Of a stretch of 64,000 nucleotides of DNA, positions 53,655 through 64,000 are shown piece after piece (position 1 is the first letter of the stretch; each line of letters begins with the position of its first letter). The notes beneath the pieces were generated by a model. The model was not told the origin of the DNA and ran no database searches. It worked only from the letters and a program-made list of their open reading frames with translations. A program made the position numbers and the translations under genes. Source of the DNA: an uncultured Dictyoglomota bacterium (GTDB lineage Bacteria > Dictyoglomota > Dictyoglomia > Dictyoglomales > Dictyoglomaceae); contig CAZZIO010000065.1 in assembly GCA_964654465.1 (NCBI GenBank), forward strand, positions 32,001 to 96,000, read 5' to 3'.

Positions 53655-55050
53655 AATCCATCTCCCCCGCCGTCTTTATAGCTTCAAATAATGCTTTCGC
53701 CTTATTTATACATTCCTCATATTCTCGTTTCTTTATAGAGTCATAAACAATACCAGCACCAGTTTGTAAATAAAGGTTTTTCCCATCTAAAAAGAATGTT
53801 CTTATGGAAATACATGTATCCAAATTTCCGTTTAACGATAAGTAACCAACACCTCCTGCGTAAGGTCCTCTTCTATATTTTTCAAGTTCTTCTATAATTT
53901 CCATTGCTCTAACCTTGGGTGCTCCAGAAACTGTCCCTGCAGGGAAGGAAGCTCTTAATACTTCAAGAGGATGAATTCCCTCTTTTATTCTACATGATAC
54001 CGTACTAACAAGATGCATAACATGAGAGTATTTCTCTATTTTCATTACATTTTCTGCCCTCACTGTTCCTATTTCAGCTACTCTCCCAAGATCATTTCTT
54101 GCTAAATCAAGAAGCATGGTATGTTCTGCTCTTTCTTTTTCATCCTTTAATAGCTCCTCTTCCAAGTTTCTATCCTCTTCTTCCGTTTCTCCCCTTCTAC
54201 GAGTTCCAGCAATAGGTCTTATCTCAGCCCTGTCACCTTCTACTTTTACCAAAGCCTCTGGAGAAGAACCAATAAGATACCTATTTTTAAATTTCAGATA
54301 AAACATATAAGGAGAAGGATTTATCAACCTTAAGGCTCTATATAAGAGATAGGGATCTCCTTCATATTCGGTATAGAATCTCTGAGAATAAACAACTTGA
54401 AAAATTTCTCCAGCCTTAATATATTCAATTGCCTTCTCCACGTTATTTTCATATTCTTCTTGAGAAGTTAGAGCTTCAATAGAAAACTCCTTTTTATAAG
54501 CTGGTACTCTTTGGGACTCTTTTTTAAATAGTTCCTTTATTTGAGCTAATCTTTCATTAATTCTCTCTTTTAATATTGGGTTTTCAATTTCTTCTTCTGG
54601 AACAACAAAAATCACACTTATTTTTCTTTTTAAATGATCAAAAACAACAAGAAAATCTACTAACTGGAACTCAGCCATAGGAAAGTTTAAATTATCTAAG
54701 GTTAATTCAGGAATTTTTTCCCACTGTCTCACAATATCGTAACTAAAATAACCCACAATACCCCCAATAAATCTTGGAAGTTCCTTCTTATTCCTTACAT
54801 TTAAAACAGGATACTTTTGGGCAAGATAATTAATAATGTCATAATTTACATTCTTATCAAAACTCAAAATTTCCTTAGGTCCCCAGCTTATAAACGAATA
54901 CCTACCAATCCTTTCTCCTCCTTCAGCACTCTCAAGAAGAAAAAGATATTCTTCTTCTCTTATCTTAGAGAGAAGACTGGTAGGAGTCTCATAATCTCCA
55001 GGAAAATCAAAAACCAAAGGAACATAGGTCTCTGTCATAATTTTCTCCAT
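53635..55050 (-). CDS. trpE: Anthranilate synthase component I
   Basis: [43 protein letters not shown]. Confidence 0.97.
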   Translation of the reverse strand: MEKIMTETYVPLVFDFPGDYETPTSLLSKIREEEYLFLLESAEGGERIGRYSFISWGPKEILSFDKNVNYDIINYLAQKYPVLNVRNKKELPRFIGGIVGYFSYDIVRQWEKIPELTLDNLNFPMAEFQLVDFLVVFDHLKRKISVIFVVPEEEIENPILKERINERLAQIKELFKKESQRVPAYKKEFSIEALTSQEEYENNVEKAIEYIKAGEIFQVVYSQRFYTEYEGDPYLLYRALRLINPSPYMFYLKFKNRYLIGSSPEALVKVEGDRAEIRPIAGTRRRGETEEEDRNLEEELLKDEKERAEHTMLLDLARNDLGRVAEIGTVRAENVMKIEKYSHVMHLVSTVSCRIKEGIHPLEVLRASFPAGTVSGAPKVRAMEIIEELEKYRRGPYAGGVGYLSLNGNLDTCISIRTFFLDGKNLYLQTGAGIVYDSIKKREYEECINKAKALFEAIKTAGEMDYDFVNR

Positions 55051-55087
55051 AAACTTTCACCTCCTTTTTACGAAGCTCAAAAGCCTA

Positions 55088-55385
55088 TAAATAAAAAACC
55101 CTCTCACCCTTTAAAGGGCGAGAGGGTTTACTCTCGCGGTGCCACCTTTCTTGAGCATCATTGCCCATCTCTTTTTCGGGTACAGGAGAACACCATCGAC
55201 TCCGATACCCTTTGCCCTGATAACGGTGGCAACTCCGGCATAGCTTACTCGGGAAGACTAATTTCTTCCCTTTCAGTATGCAGCTCCCAGGCCCATTCAC
55301 TCCCCGCGCTGATAGCCGGCTTCCACCTTACCCGGCCTCTCTGGATCCCGCTTGGGAGCTACTCCTCCTGTTCACAGCCTTTATA
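55088..55385 (-). promoter_or_regulatory. Trp T-box riboswitch leader with terminator
   Basis: GC-rich leader; AGAGA and GGTGGAA stem I motifs; GAA-TGG specifier (TGG at 55293-55295); T-box AAGGTGGCACCGCG at 55135-55148; terminator AAACCCTCTCGCCCTTTAAAGGGTGAGAGGGTTTTTT. Confidence 0.95.
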
Positions 55386-55442
55386 GGGCAACTCTATTTA
55401 ACTTTGGATGAAATTATACAACAAAAAGAAAAATTTTTCAAA

Positions 55443-56549
55443 TTAACTGGAAAATTTAATTTTTCCTAATTTTTTTTCTCTCTCTATTACTCCTCCACAT
55501 AATACAAAATCATCTTTATAACAAACCAATATCTGCCCAGGAGTAACAGCCCATTGAGGTTCATCAAAAACTACAAAAACTTCCTTTTCTGATAAGATAT
55601 GAAGAGTAGCTGGCGACGGTTTCATATTATATCTTATCATAGCATTTACTCTTAGCTCTTTCTCCTCAGGAATATATGACGGATAATTTACATTTACAGC
55701 ATAAACCTCTCTTCTAAAAATTTTCTCTTTTTCTGCCACAAACACATTACCACTTTTTGTATCTATATCTTTTACATATACAGGCTTACCTAATGCTACC
55801 TTTAAACCTCTCCTTTGACCTATAGTAAAGGAAAAAATACCATCATGATATCCCACTATTTTCCCATCTTCCGTAACAATTTTCCCTGATTTCTCATTCA
55901 CATATTGCTTTAAAAATTTTCTATAATCCTTGTCAGGTAAAAAACAAATTTCTTGACTCTCTCCTTTTTCTGCTACTATTAATCCATTATCACGAGCAAT
56001 TCTACGTACTTCCTCTTTCGTTAAATTTCCCAAAGGAAAAAGAGCTTTGGATATCTGATCTTGGGTTAAAAAACTTAAAAAATAAGACTGATCTTTTTTC
56101 TGATCTTTTGCCCTTTTTAATAAAAAAACATTTTTTAATGGATCCCATACTTTCCTTACATAATGACCTGTCGCTAAATATTCAGCACCTAACTCTTGAG
56201 CCTTTCTTAGTAAAAGATCAAACTTTATCAACCTATTACAAAACACACATGGATTTGGAGTATACCCATTTATATAAGAATCAATAAAATATTTAATTAT
56301 CCTCTCTTCAAACTCTTTTTTAAGATTTACCACAAAATGAGGTATACCAAGACTATGTGCAACCCTCATAGCATCATTAATAGAACTCCATGAACAACAA
56401 GCCTCATATCTTTCCTGAGGTGTCAACGCTATATTCATAGTTAAACCAATAACTTCAAAACCCTCTTTCTTCAATAAGAGAGCAGTAACCGAACTATCAA
56501 CTCCTCCACTCATGCCTACTGCAACCTTGATTTTTTCACGCATAAACAA
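55443..56549 (-). CDS. mnmA: tRNA 2-thiouridine(34) synthase
   Basis: MSGGVDSS, TPNPCVFCN, ATGHY, KDQSYFL, ESQEICF, TIGQRRGL, TPGQ. Confidence 0.97.
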   Translation of the reverse strand: MFMREKIKVAVGMSGGVDSSVTALLLKKEGFEVIGLTMNIALTPQERYEACCSWSSINDAMRVAHSLGIPHFVVNLKKEFEERIIKYFIDSYINGYTPNPCVFCNRLIKFDLLLRKAQELGAEYLATGHYVRKVWDPLKNVFLLKRAKDQKKDQSYFLSFLTQDQISKALFPLGNLTKEEVRRIARDNGLIVAEKGESQEICFLPDKDYRKFLKQYVNEKSGKIVTEDGKIVGYHDGIFSFTIGQRRGLKVALGKPVYVKDIDTKSGNVFVAEKEKIFRREVYAVNVNYPSYIPEEKELRVNAMIRYNMKPSPATLHILSEKEVFVVFDEPQWAVTPGQILVCYKDDFVLCGGVIEREKKLGKIKFSS

Positions 56550-56668
56550 CCCTTAACAAATGAATATTAAATATTCTCATCATTTTTTAAAATATTTATT
56601 TTTTTCTTGACAAATTTCACAATCCATTATATTTTATAAAAAATTTTTGATTTTTGAAGAGACAAAAA

Positions 56669-57832
56669 ATGAAAATTGGAAGACCACAATTAATAGATGA
56701 GGTTAATAAAGGACAAATTTTAAAACTCTTAAGAGAAGAGGGTCCGATTTCTCGTGCAGAAATAGCTCGTAGACTTGGTCTCAGTCGACCTACTGTTTCT
56801 ACTCACATAAGAGAGCTCATAAAAGAAGGATTAGTATATGAAGTAGGTAAAGGAAAAAGTAGTAAAGGTAGAAAAGGTATTTTATTAAAATATAATGCTA
56901 AATATGGATATTTCTTAGCAGGAGACATTGAAGGATCTATAATGAGATTTGCAATATCAGATCTTTGTGGAGAAATTCTTTATGAAAAAGTATTATCCTT
57001 AAATGAACTTAGAGAAAAAAATATGATGCAACCCGAAAAACTTGTAGAGATAATGAAGACCTTTGTTTACGAAAATAAAATAAACTCTGAACACATAAAA
57101 GTCATTTCCATAGGAATAGCAGGTATAATTGAGGAAGGAAAACTCATTTTTGCCCCAAACCTTCCAGAATGGAATCATACACCTCTAAAATCTCTCATAG
57201 AAACAGGATTTCCTAATACCTTTATAATACTGGAAAACGATGTAAATATGGCTGTAATGGGAGAATTTTGGAAGGGAGCAGGAAAAGGCCACAAAAATAT
57301 TGTATATATGAATTTAAGTACAGGAATTGGTGCAGGTATCATGATAGATGAAAAATTATATGAAGGAGCAAATAAATTTGCAGGAGAAATTGCATATATG
57401 GTTTTAGGCAACCGACATGATGAATATCCAGGATTAGAATATACACCTTTGGGAGCCTTAGAATGGGTAGTTTCAGGAATAAGAATAATAGAAAAGGCAA
57501 AATCTATAGATCCTAAATATAACCTAATAGAAAAAATATTTGAAGATTATAATAAGGTATATGAAATTACTGAGCTTATTAACAAGGTAAGCGAATACTT
57601 AGCAAAAGCGGTGGTAAACATTGTAAGTATATTAGATCCAGAAGTTATAATTGTAGGCGGAATTGTAGGAAAATTTTTAAACATATTACTTTCCAAAATG
57701 CAACCTGTAATAGAATATTACTTACCAATTCCAGTAAAAATTATACCTTCTGCTCTATATCCAAAAACAGTAATCTATGGAGCTATATATAAGGCTATAA
57801 ATCATTACCACACAAAACCCGTTATTGTATAG
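56669..57832 (+). CDS. ROK family transcriptional regulator
   Basis: ISRAEIARRLGLSRPTVS HTH; ENDVN; TGIGAG; AGEI; track start 56654. Confidence 0.93.
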   Translation: MKIGRPQLIDEVNKGQILKLLREEGPISRAEIARRLGLSRPTVSTHIRELIKEGLVYEVGKGKSSKGRKGILLKYNAKYGYFLAGDIEGSIMRFAISDLCGEILYEKVLSLNELREKNMMQPEKLVEIMKTFVYENKINSEHIKVISIGIAGIIEEGKLIFAPNLPEWNHTPLKSLIETGFPNTFIILENDVNMAVMGEFWKGAGKGHKNIVYMNLSTGIGAGIMIDEKLYEGANKFAGEIAYMVLGNRHDEYPGLEYTPLGALEWVVSGIRIIEKAKSIDPKYNLIEKIFEDYNKVYEITELINKVSEYLAKAVVNIVSILDPEVIIVGGIVGKFLNILLSKMQPVIEYYLPIPVKIIPSALYPKTVIYGAIYKAINHYHTKPVIV

Positions 57833-58672
57833 TCAAATCTCAATTAGCTTTTTAGCTTTATCAAGTCGATCTTTTAAATTTCTTAAAGAGTCTAAGTATC
57901 CAAAAGTTGGCTTTTCAATCTTAATATTATATATGGTTAAAGATTGCGGGTTATGCTCATGTCCACATATTACAAAATCAGCCTTATTTTTTAAAATAAC
58001 TTCCCCCAATTTTTCACTTCCTAAATAAGCAGAAAAGAAATTTTTTATCATTACTAATTCCTTAAAAGGAAGCATATGAGTTATAACTATCTTATTAAAA
58101 TTTTCAACCTTATAAAAATCTTTTTCTAACTCCTCAATAAATAGCTTACAAATCTCTATATTACTCAGACAATTTCCATTGATATTAGTAAAATTTATTA
58201 ATTTCCAAAACGTTTCCCTCCATTTTAAACCCCTAAATACTCCTTTATCATAATCTTCCTTTGGATAGTCACTATTACCCAAAGTGTAATCATACCAACC
58301 TAAGGTACCCAAAAATGCCCATTTACCAGTAATAAAAGGATTTCTGGGAAGAAAATGAATCCCAAAATCCTCACAAATATTAGGCAGTATGTAGTAATAT
58401 TTATCGGTACTGGTTATTTTCCCTTCTTTCCATACATCATGATTTCCAGGAACAAAAACAATATTAATGTTAGTATAAGAAAATTCTTCAAAAAATAGCT
58501 CCACTTCCCATATCTTAGAAGATATATCTCCTCCAATAATCAAAATATTTGGATTATCAGTTAATAGATAATCCCTAATTTTTCTTAAAATTTCTCTCTC
58601 TTCCTGTAGATTTAAGCCATTTCTAAGTCTAATATAATCTAAATGAAGATCTGAGATAGCAAGGATTCTCAT
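57833..58672 (-). CDS. Calcineurin-like metallophosphoesterase
   Basis: SDLH, GGD, PGNHD, THM, GHEH. Confidence 0.9.
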   Translation of the reverse strand: MRILAISDLHLDYIRLRNGLNLQEEREILRKIRDYLLTDNPNILIIGGDISSKIWEVELFFEEFSYTNINIVFVPGNHDVWKEGKITSTDKYYYILPNICEDFGIHFLPRNPFITGKWAFLGTLGWYDYTLGNSDYPKEDYDKGVFRGLKWRETFWKLINFTNINGNCLSNIEICKLFIEELEKDFYKVENFNKIVITHMLPFKELVMIKNFFSAYLGSEKLGEVILKNKADFVICGHEHNPQSLTIYNIKIEKPTFGYLDSLRNLKDRLDKAKKLIEI

Positions 58673-59094
58673 TTAACAATCTTGAGAAATTTAAAGAAAT
58701 GGAATAAATTTAAGATAAATTTAACTACAGGATCAAGAAAAGAATAAACAAGAGAATCCTTCAGAATAAGAATTTTGTAATCATTTGGCAAAAAATTTAT
58801 TAACAATGCATAAACAATAATTATAATTCCGCCGCCTAACACAACCCTTAAAAGGAAATTGGGTAACACTAAAAGAAAATAACTGAATACAAAGGTCAAA
58901 ATAAAACTTACAATGTTAGCAGGAAGATGAATAGGGATTTTAATATATTTCATATAAAGAGGAGTAAGAAAAGAGGAAAAATAAAATGCTATAACCAAAG
59001 AAATTAAAAGCACTATTTTATTAGAAAATATATCTTTTAAGCCCTTAATAGCCAAGCCCAAAATTGTAATAGCACATATTAAATCAAAGATCAT
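58669..59094 (-). CDS. CvpA-like membrane protein
   Basis: Short hydrophobic multi-TM protein; D...KG N-terminus. Confidence 0.55.
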   Translation of the reverse strand: MIFDLICAITILGLAIKGLKDIFSNKIVLLISLVIAFYFSSFLTPLYMKYIKIPIHLPANIVSFILTFVFSYFLLVLPNFLLRVVLGGGIIIIVYALLINFLPNDYKILILKDSLVYSFLDPVVKFILNLFHFFKFLKIVK

Positions 59095-59099
59095 GATCC

Positions 59100-60113
59100 C
59101 TACTCCTCATAAGTTATCATTACTCTTAAACTTTTACCACTCAATCCTACTTCTATTGCTTTATGAATTTCAGATAAAGGAAACTTATGAGAAACTACTT
59201 TTGAAACATTTATTCTTCCATCTTCTATTAAGCGTAATGCCCTACTATTTGTAAAAGGATTAACAAAAGATCCCATAATAGTCAACTCTCGATAATAAAC
59301 GTCAAAAGGAGAAATACTTATCAAATCTTCCTTTGGAGAAACACCAAAAATGAGTACTTTTCCACCTCTTCTTACATTATTAATTGTCAACGATACAGTT
59401 TCTTTCTTTCCCACAGCTTCAATACCCACATCCACTCCTCTACCATTCGTTAACTCTTTAATAAAAGAAGAAACTTCATCAGATGGACTTAAAACATAAG
59501 ACGCTCCAAGTTCCTTAGCTATTTTTCTTTTCCCTTCGTCTATCTCAACTACAATAACCGAACTTGCACCATAAAAATATGATAACTGAAGAAGTATCAA
59601 ACCCAAAGCTCCTGCTCCAACTATAAGAACTGTATCTCCCAAATGAATACCTATTCTTTCAATTCCATGTAAAGCACATGCAACTGGTTCCATCATAGCT
59701 CCTTCTATAGGAGAAACCTTTTCTGAGAAAGAATATGCCTGTTTAAATGGAACCTTACAATACTCAGCAAACCCCCCATCCATATCAACTCCTATAGCCC
59801 TCAAATTTTCACATAGATGTATTTCTCCTCTTCTGCAGAAATAACAATGCCCACAAGCAATATTAGGATCAACAGCCACCAAATCACCCTCTTTTATGCC
59901 TAACACATTTCTCCCTACTTTAACTACTCTTCCAGCAAATTCATGTCCTCTTACAATATCGTCCTTCGCATAGCCTTTACCAGCAAAAATATGTAAATCA
60001 GTACCACATATTCCTGATGCAAGCACCTTAATTAATATCTCATCATCATTAACTAAAGGTTCTGGTTTATCTATTAAATTGATTTTCCCCTTTTTCCAAA
60101 CAGCAGCAAGCAT
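59100..60113 (-). CDS. Zinc-dependent alcohol/polyol dehydrogenase (sorbitol/threonine DH-like)
   Basis: GICGTDLH, GHE, CGHCYFC...C, GAGALG. Confidence 0.92.
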   Translation of the reverse strand: MLAAVWKKGKINLIDKPEPLVNDDEILIKVLASGICGTDLHIFAGKGYAKDDIVRGHEFAGRVVKVGRNVLGIKEGDLVAVDPNIACGHCYFCRRGEIHLCENLRAIGVDMDGGFAEYCKVPFKQAYSFSEKVSPIEGAMMEPVACALHGIERIGIHLGDTVLIVGAGALGLILLQLSYFYGASSVIVVEIDEGKRKIAKELGASYVLSPSDEVSSFIKELTNGRGVDVGIEAVGKKETVSLTINNVRRGGKVLIFGVSPKEDLISISPFDVYYRELTIMGSFVNPFTNSRALRLIEDGRINVSKVVSHKFPLSEIHKAIEVGLSGKSLRVMITYEE

Positions 60114-60258
60114 ATTAAAACCTCCCGAAAATAGACAATTTAATTTTTATTTTACAATATAAAATCTATGTGGTAAAATTTTTAAAAAGTAAATTAATTT
60201 TATTTTTTCTTCCCCCTTAAAACTAATAAAAAAATCCATAATTAAAGGAGGGTAAAAG

Positions 60259-61392
60259 ATGAGGTACAGAAAGATGAATAAAATTGATGTAACTGTTTCC
60301 TCATTAGGCTTTGGCGCTATGAGACTTCCCACTTTAGGTAGTGATTCTCAAATAGACGAGCCAAAAGCTATAGAATTGATTAGATATGCCATAGATCATG
60401 GGGTAAATTATGTGGATACCGCATATGGTTATCATGGTGGACAGAGCGAGATATTAGTTGGAAAAGCCTTAAAAGACGGTTATAGAGATAAAACATATCT
60501 TGCCACAAAACTACCTGTTTGGTTTGTTAACAAAAAAGAAGATATGGATCGACTCCTTAATGAACAACTGAAAAAATTAGACACAGATCATATAGATTTT
60601 TACTTGCTACATGCACTAAATAGAGAAAGCTGGCAAAAAGTGTACAACCTTGGTGTTCTTGAATGGGGAGAAAGGATGAAAGAAAAAAATCTAATAAGAT
60701 TTTTTGGCTTTTCTTTCCATGATGACTTAGACACATTTAAAAAGATTATTGATGCTTACGATTGGGATTTTTGCCAAATTCAATATAACTATATGGATGT
60801 AGATTATCAAGCAGGAAGAGAAGGACTTTTATATGCCTATAATAAAGGGATAAATGTGGTCGTAATGGAACCTCTAAGAGGAGGCAGATTAGCAAGACCT
60901 CCTAAGGACGTCATGGATTTAATCAATAGCTACAAAATTAAAAGAAGCCCTGTGGAATGGGCTCTCCTATGGCTATGGAATCATAAAGAAATATCTACTG
61001 TACTTTCTGGTATGAGCACCTTAGAGCAAGTTAAAGAGAATATTGAAATTGCAGATAAGGCTGAAGTTGGTATTCTATCCCAAGAAGAGTTAGAATTTGT
61101 AGAAAAACTAAGACTTGCATTTCTTGGGAGGAAAGCTATTGATTGTACTCAATGTGGTTACTGTATGCCATGTCCATATGGGGTAAATATTCCAAGAAAC
61201 TTTTTCCTATATAATGAAGGTATCAGATATGATGATTGGGGTGCTCCCCGTTGGGAATATAATTATTCCATGAGAGAAGAAGAAAGAGCAAGCAATTGTC
61301 AAGAATGCGGTGTATGTGAAACAAAATGTCCTCAACAATTACCCATAAGAGAACTCCTTAAGAAAGTACATGAGGCGTTAGCCCAAAAATAA
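60259..61392 (+). CDS. Aldo/keto reductase with C-terminal Fe-S dicluster
   Basis: LGFGAMRLP, DTAYGY, ATKLP; CTQCGYCMPCP; CQECGVCETKCPQ. Confidence 0.93.
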   Translation: MRYRKMNKIDVTVSSLGFGAMRLPTLGSDSQIDEPKAIELIRYAIDHGVNYVDTAYGYHGGQSEILVGKALKDGYRDKTYLATKLPVWFVNKKEDMDRLLNEQLKKLDTDHIDFYLLHALNRESWQKVYNLGVLEWGERMKEKNLIRFFGFSFHDDLDTFKKIIDAYDWDFCQIQYNYMDVDYQAGREGLLYAYNKGINVVVMEPLRGGRLARPPKDVMDLINSYKIKRSPVEWALLWLWNHKEISTVLSGMSTLEQVKENIEIADKAEVGILSQEELEFVEKLRLAFLGRKAIDCTQCGYCMPCPYGVNIPRNFFLYNEGIRYDDWGAPRWEYNYSMREEERASNCQECGVCETKCPQQLPIRELLKKVHEALAQK

Positions 61393-61422
61393 TAAGGGGA
61401 AGGGATTAACCCTTCCCCTTAT
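61392..61422. terminator. Bidirectional terminator between the convergent AKR and nth genes
   Basis: ATAAGGGGAAGGG-ATTAA-CCCTTCCCCTTAT 13-bp stem. Confidence 0.75.
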
Positions 61423-62054
61423 ATTTCTTTAAATGCTGAAGGACATATATCTTTTAAGATACATTCTTCACATTTTGGAGTTTTAGCTTTACATATGTTT
61501 CTTCCATGATGTATTAAAAGATAAGAAAAATTAGCCCATTCATCTCTTGGTACAATCTTCATCAAGTCTTGTTCCATTTTATCTCTATTTTTCTCTTTAC
61601 TAAGATCTAATCTTTTAGAAAGTCTTGCCACATGTGTATCTATCACAATTCCTTCATTTTTGCCATAACCTGCTGAAAGAACCACATTAGCAGTTTTTCT
61701 CGCCACACCAGGGAGCTTTAATAATTCCTCCATAGTATCGGGAACTTTTCCACCATATTCCTCTACTATAATTTGGGCACAACTTTTTATAAATTTAGCC
61801 TTGTTTCTATAGTAATTTATGGATTTTATATCTTGTTCCAACTCCTCTTGAGGTACTTTTAAATAATCTTCAGGAGATTTATATTTTTTAAATAAATTTT
61901 CGGTAACCATATTAACTCTCTCATCAGTTGTTTGGGCCGAAAGAATTGTTGCAACTAAAAGTTCCCATGGATTAGAAAATTTTAGAGCTATTTTAGGCTC
62001 ATAAACTCCTTTAAGTCTATTAATCAATTCCTTTACTCTTTCTTTCTTGTCCAT
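61419..62054 (-). CDS. nth: Endonuclease III
   Basis: LSAQTTD, LPGVARKTAN HhH, IDTH, C-x6-C-x2-C-x5-C Fe-S motif. Confidence 0.96.
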   Translation of the reverse strand: MDKKERVKELINRLKGVYEPKIALKFSNPWELLVATILSAQTTDERVNMVTENLFKKYKSPEDYLKVPQEELEQDIKSINYYRNKAKFIKSCAQIIVEEYGGKVPDTMEELLKLPGVARKTANVVLSAGYGKNEGIVIDTHVARLSKRLDLSKEKNRDKMEQDLMKIVPRDEWANFSYLLIHHGRNICKAKTPKCEECILKDICPSAFKEI

Positions 62055-62151
62055 AGTATAAAACCACCCCCAAAAATAAATAGCTATTAAAGTTTATCAT
62101 AAACTTGTATAATCAATTAGTGAACTATAAAAAGTGAAAGGAGGCTTAAGA

Positions 62152-63159
62152 GTGGATATAAAAACTATACTAAAGAACCTATCAAATCTGGATGGTCCTT
62201 CAGGTTATGAATATAAAGTAATAGAGTATATAAAAACCGAAGCAGAAAAAATCCCAAATACTACCAACTATGTTGATAATCAGGGAAATCTTATCGTAAA
62301 AAGGGAAGGAAAAGGCAAAAAAATAGCCCTTTTTGCTCACACCGATGAAATAGGTTTTGTAATTACTAAGAAAGAATTAGGTAATTATTTCAGATTTCAC
62401 ACCTTTGGTGGAGTAGATCCTAAGATTGTAATTTCTCAAAGGCTGAGAATACATACAAAAAAAGGTATAGCTTATGGTGTGGTAGGAATGTTAGAACCTC
62501 ATTTACAAACGGAAGAGATGAGACAAAGAGTTTTAACTTTTGATGACTTATTCATGGATGTGGTAGAAAATTCAGAATATGTATCTATAGGAGATTTAGC
62601 TACTTTTTCATCAGAGGCTTTTGAATTAAATGAAAAGTATGTAACGGGAAAAGCCTTAGACAATAGAGCAAGTTGTACTACTTTACTTTATACTTTATAT
62701 CTTTTAAATCAATATGTAGTAGAAAATGAGGTATATTTTGTCTTTTCTGTAAGAGAAGAAGATGGAACTTCAGGAGCTTCTACTTCTGCATATCACATAA
62801 ATCCTGATCTTGCTATAGTATTAGATGTAACTCATGGGGATATATATAGACCAGGTTATCCCAAAATTGAAACAGGTAAAGGTCCAGTATTAGATATTGG
62901 AACCATGGTTGATTATAAATATTTTGAAAAAATCAAAAATATCGCTGAAAAAATATCAGTAAACTACCAAATAGAACCAAATGGAGAACACAGTCATACT
63001 GATACAGACAGAATCCAAATAACAAGGGAAGGTATTCCAACTCTACTAATCTCTATACCCTTAAGATACATGCATACACCATATGAAGTAGTAAATATAA
63101 AAGATATAGAAGAAACGGCAAGACTTCTAAGTTATTTCATAGCTACTGGAGGTGAATAA
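62152..63159 (+). CDS. M42 family aminopeptidase (TET/FrvX-like)
   Basis: AHTDEIG, GKALDNR, REE, DVT, RYMHT; AGGAGG RBS before GTG 62152. Confidence 0.92.
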   Translation: MDIKTILKNLSNLDGPSGYEYKVIEYIKTEAEKIPNTTNYVDNQGNLIVKREGKGKKIALFAHTDEIGFVITKKELGNYFRFHTFGGVDPKIVISQRLRIHTKKGIAYGVVGMLEPHLQTEEMRQRVLTFDDLFMDVVENSEYVSIGDLATFSSEAFELNEKYVTGKALDNRASCTTLLYTLYLLNQYVVENEVYFVFSVREEDGTSGASTSAYHINPDLAIVLDVTHGDIYRPGYPKIETGKGPVLDIGTMVDYKYFEKIKNIAEKISVNYQIEPNGEHSHTDTDRIQITREGIPTLLISIPLRYMHTPYEVVNIKDIEETARLLSYFIATGGE

Positions 63160-63161
63160 CT

Positions 63162-64000
63162 ATGCTTTTAAAAGAACTCTCCAACCTTTGCGGGGTTTCT
63201 GGTTTTGAACAAGAGATAAGAAATTTTATAAAGGAAAAAATAAAAGATAAAGTAGATGATATAAAAGAGGATAAATTAGGAAACTTAATAGCATTCAAAG
63301 AGGGGAAAAATAATAAAAAGCTAATGTTAACAGCTCATATGGATGAGGTAGGATTTATCGTAAGTAATATAGAGGAAGACGGAAAAATTAGTATTATTCC
63401 CCTTGGATCCATAGATCCGAGAGTGGTTCTTGGTAAAAAAGTGGTAATTGGAGAGAAAAAAGTACCTGGAATTATTGGTTCAAAACCGGTCCATCTAATG
63501 ACAGGTTATGAAGGCATTTCCTCTTTTGAAAATATAAAAGTTGATATTGGAGTTTCCAAAAAACAAGAGGCAGAAAACAAAGTAAAAATTGGTGATTTCG
63601 TTAGTTTTGCCCCCAATGCTATGCTACATAAAGATTGGATATCTGGAAAAGCATTGGATGATAGAGGAGGATGTTCCATACTTATAGATCTCATAGAGGC
63701 CAATATAGAACCCTTTTATAATACATATTTCACCTTTGTTATTCAAGAAGAGACAGGATTAAGAGGATCAGGGGTAGCTGCAAATCAGATAGACCCAGAT
63801 TATGCCATAGTTATCGAAACTACTACATCAGGTGATAATCCAGAATTTCCTGAGGCAAGAAGATCAAGCGAACTTGGCAAAGGACCCGTGATTACACCAG
63901 CACATAGAGGATATGTAAATGATGAAAAACTTTTTAATTTTGCCATTAAAGTAGCTCAAGAAAATAATATTCCTTATCAAATAAAAAGAAGAACCGCAGG
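63162..64000 (+). CDS. Second M42 family aminopeptidase, truncated by the window end
   Basis: Manual translation: MLLKELSNLCGVSGFE...AHMDEVGF...GKALDDRGG...QEETGLRG; GGAGG RBS. Confidence 0.9.
   Translation, partial: MLLKELSNLCGVSGFEQEIRNFIKEKIKDKVDDIKEDKLGNLIAFKEGKNNKKLMLTAHMDEVGFIVSNIEEDGKISIIPLGSIDPRVVLGKKVVIGEKKVPGIIGSKPVHLMTGYEGISSFENIKVDIGVSKKQEAENKVKIGDFVSFAPNAMLHKDWISGKALDDRGGCSILIDLIEANIEPFYNTYFTFVIQEETGLRGSGVAANQIDPDYAIVIETTTSGDNPEFPEARRSSELGKGPVITPAHRGYVNDEKLFNFAIKVAQENNIPYQIKRRTA

Noticed and set aside
54817-55469. ORFs 54817-55386 (+), 55085-55300 (-) and 55278-55469 (+)
   Set aside because: They overlap trpE antisense or the GC-rich T-box leader; the open frames are explained by the structured RNA's composition

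Overview
AT-rich (roughly 30% GC by eye), densely coding bacterial chromosome segment with about 63 CDS and no rRNA, tRNA, CRISPR, IS or prophage signal. Gene content suggests an anaerobic, saccharolytic, thermophilic diderm, possibly Dictyoglomus-like (inference only). Housekeeping genes: guaB, a PcrA/UvrD helicase, iscU/iscS, rlmD, ldh, mnmA, nth, two M42 peptidases, malEFG with a distant MalK-type ATPase, and a complete trpEGDCFBA operon behind a Trp (UGG) T-box riboswitch. Main points of interest: (1) a co-oriented block LacI - corrinoid protein - RACo activator - MtaA/UroD-type Zn methyltransferase - [promoter, unlisted 28-aa leader ORF] - DUF39 homocysteine synthase - NIL-ferredoxin - UPF0280, which could be a non-canonical methionine or methyl-transfer route; a LacI-type motif (consensus TAACACGTGTTA) is shared with the malE promoter; (2) an ADP-heptose operon (GmhA-GmhB fusion, HldE kinase and nucleotidyltransferase halves) converging on DUF4330 plus an IctB/O-antigen-ligase-GT9 fusion; (3) a serine-palmitoyltransferase-like enzyme; (4) an archaeal/thermophile-type KaiC ATPase plus HTH regulator pair; (5) unusual domain fusions (RNase HIII + Zn ribbon, IscU + DUF59, histidine kinase with Cys-rich PAS and degenerate GGDEF). 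All family calls come from motif recognition, not database searches.
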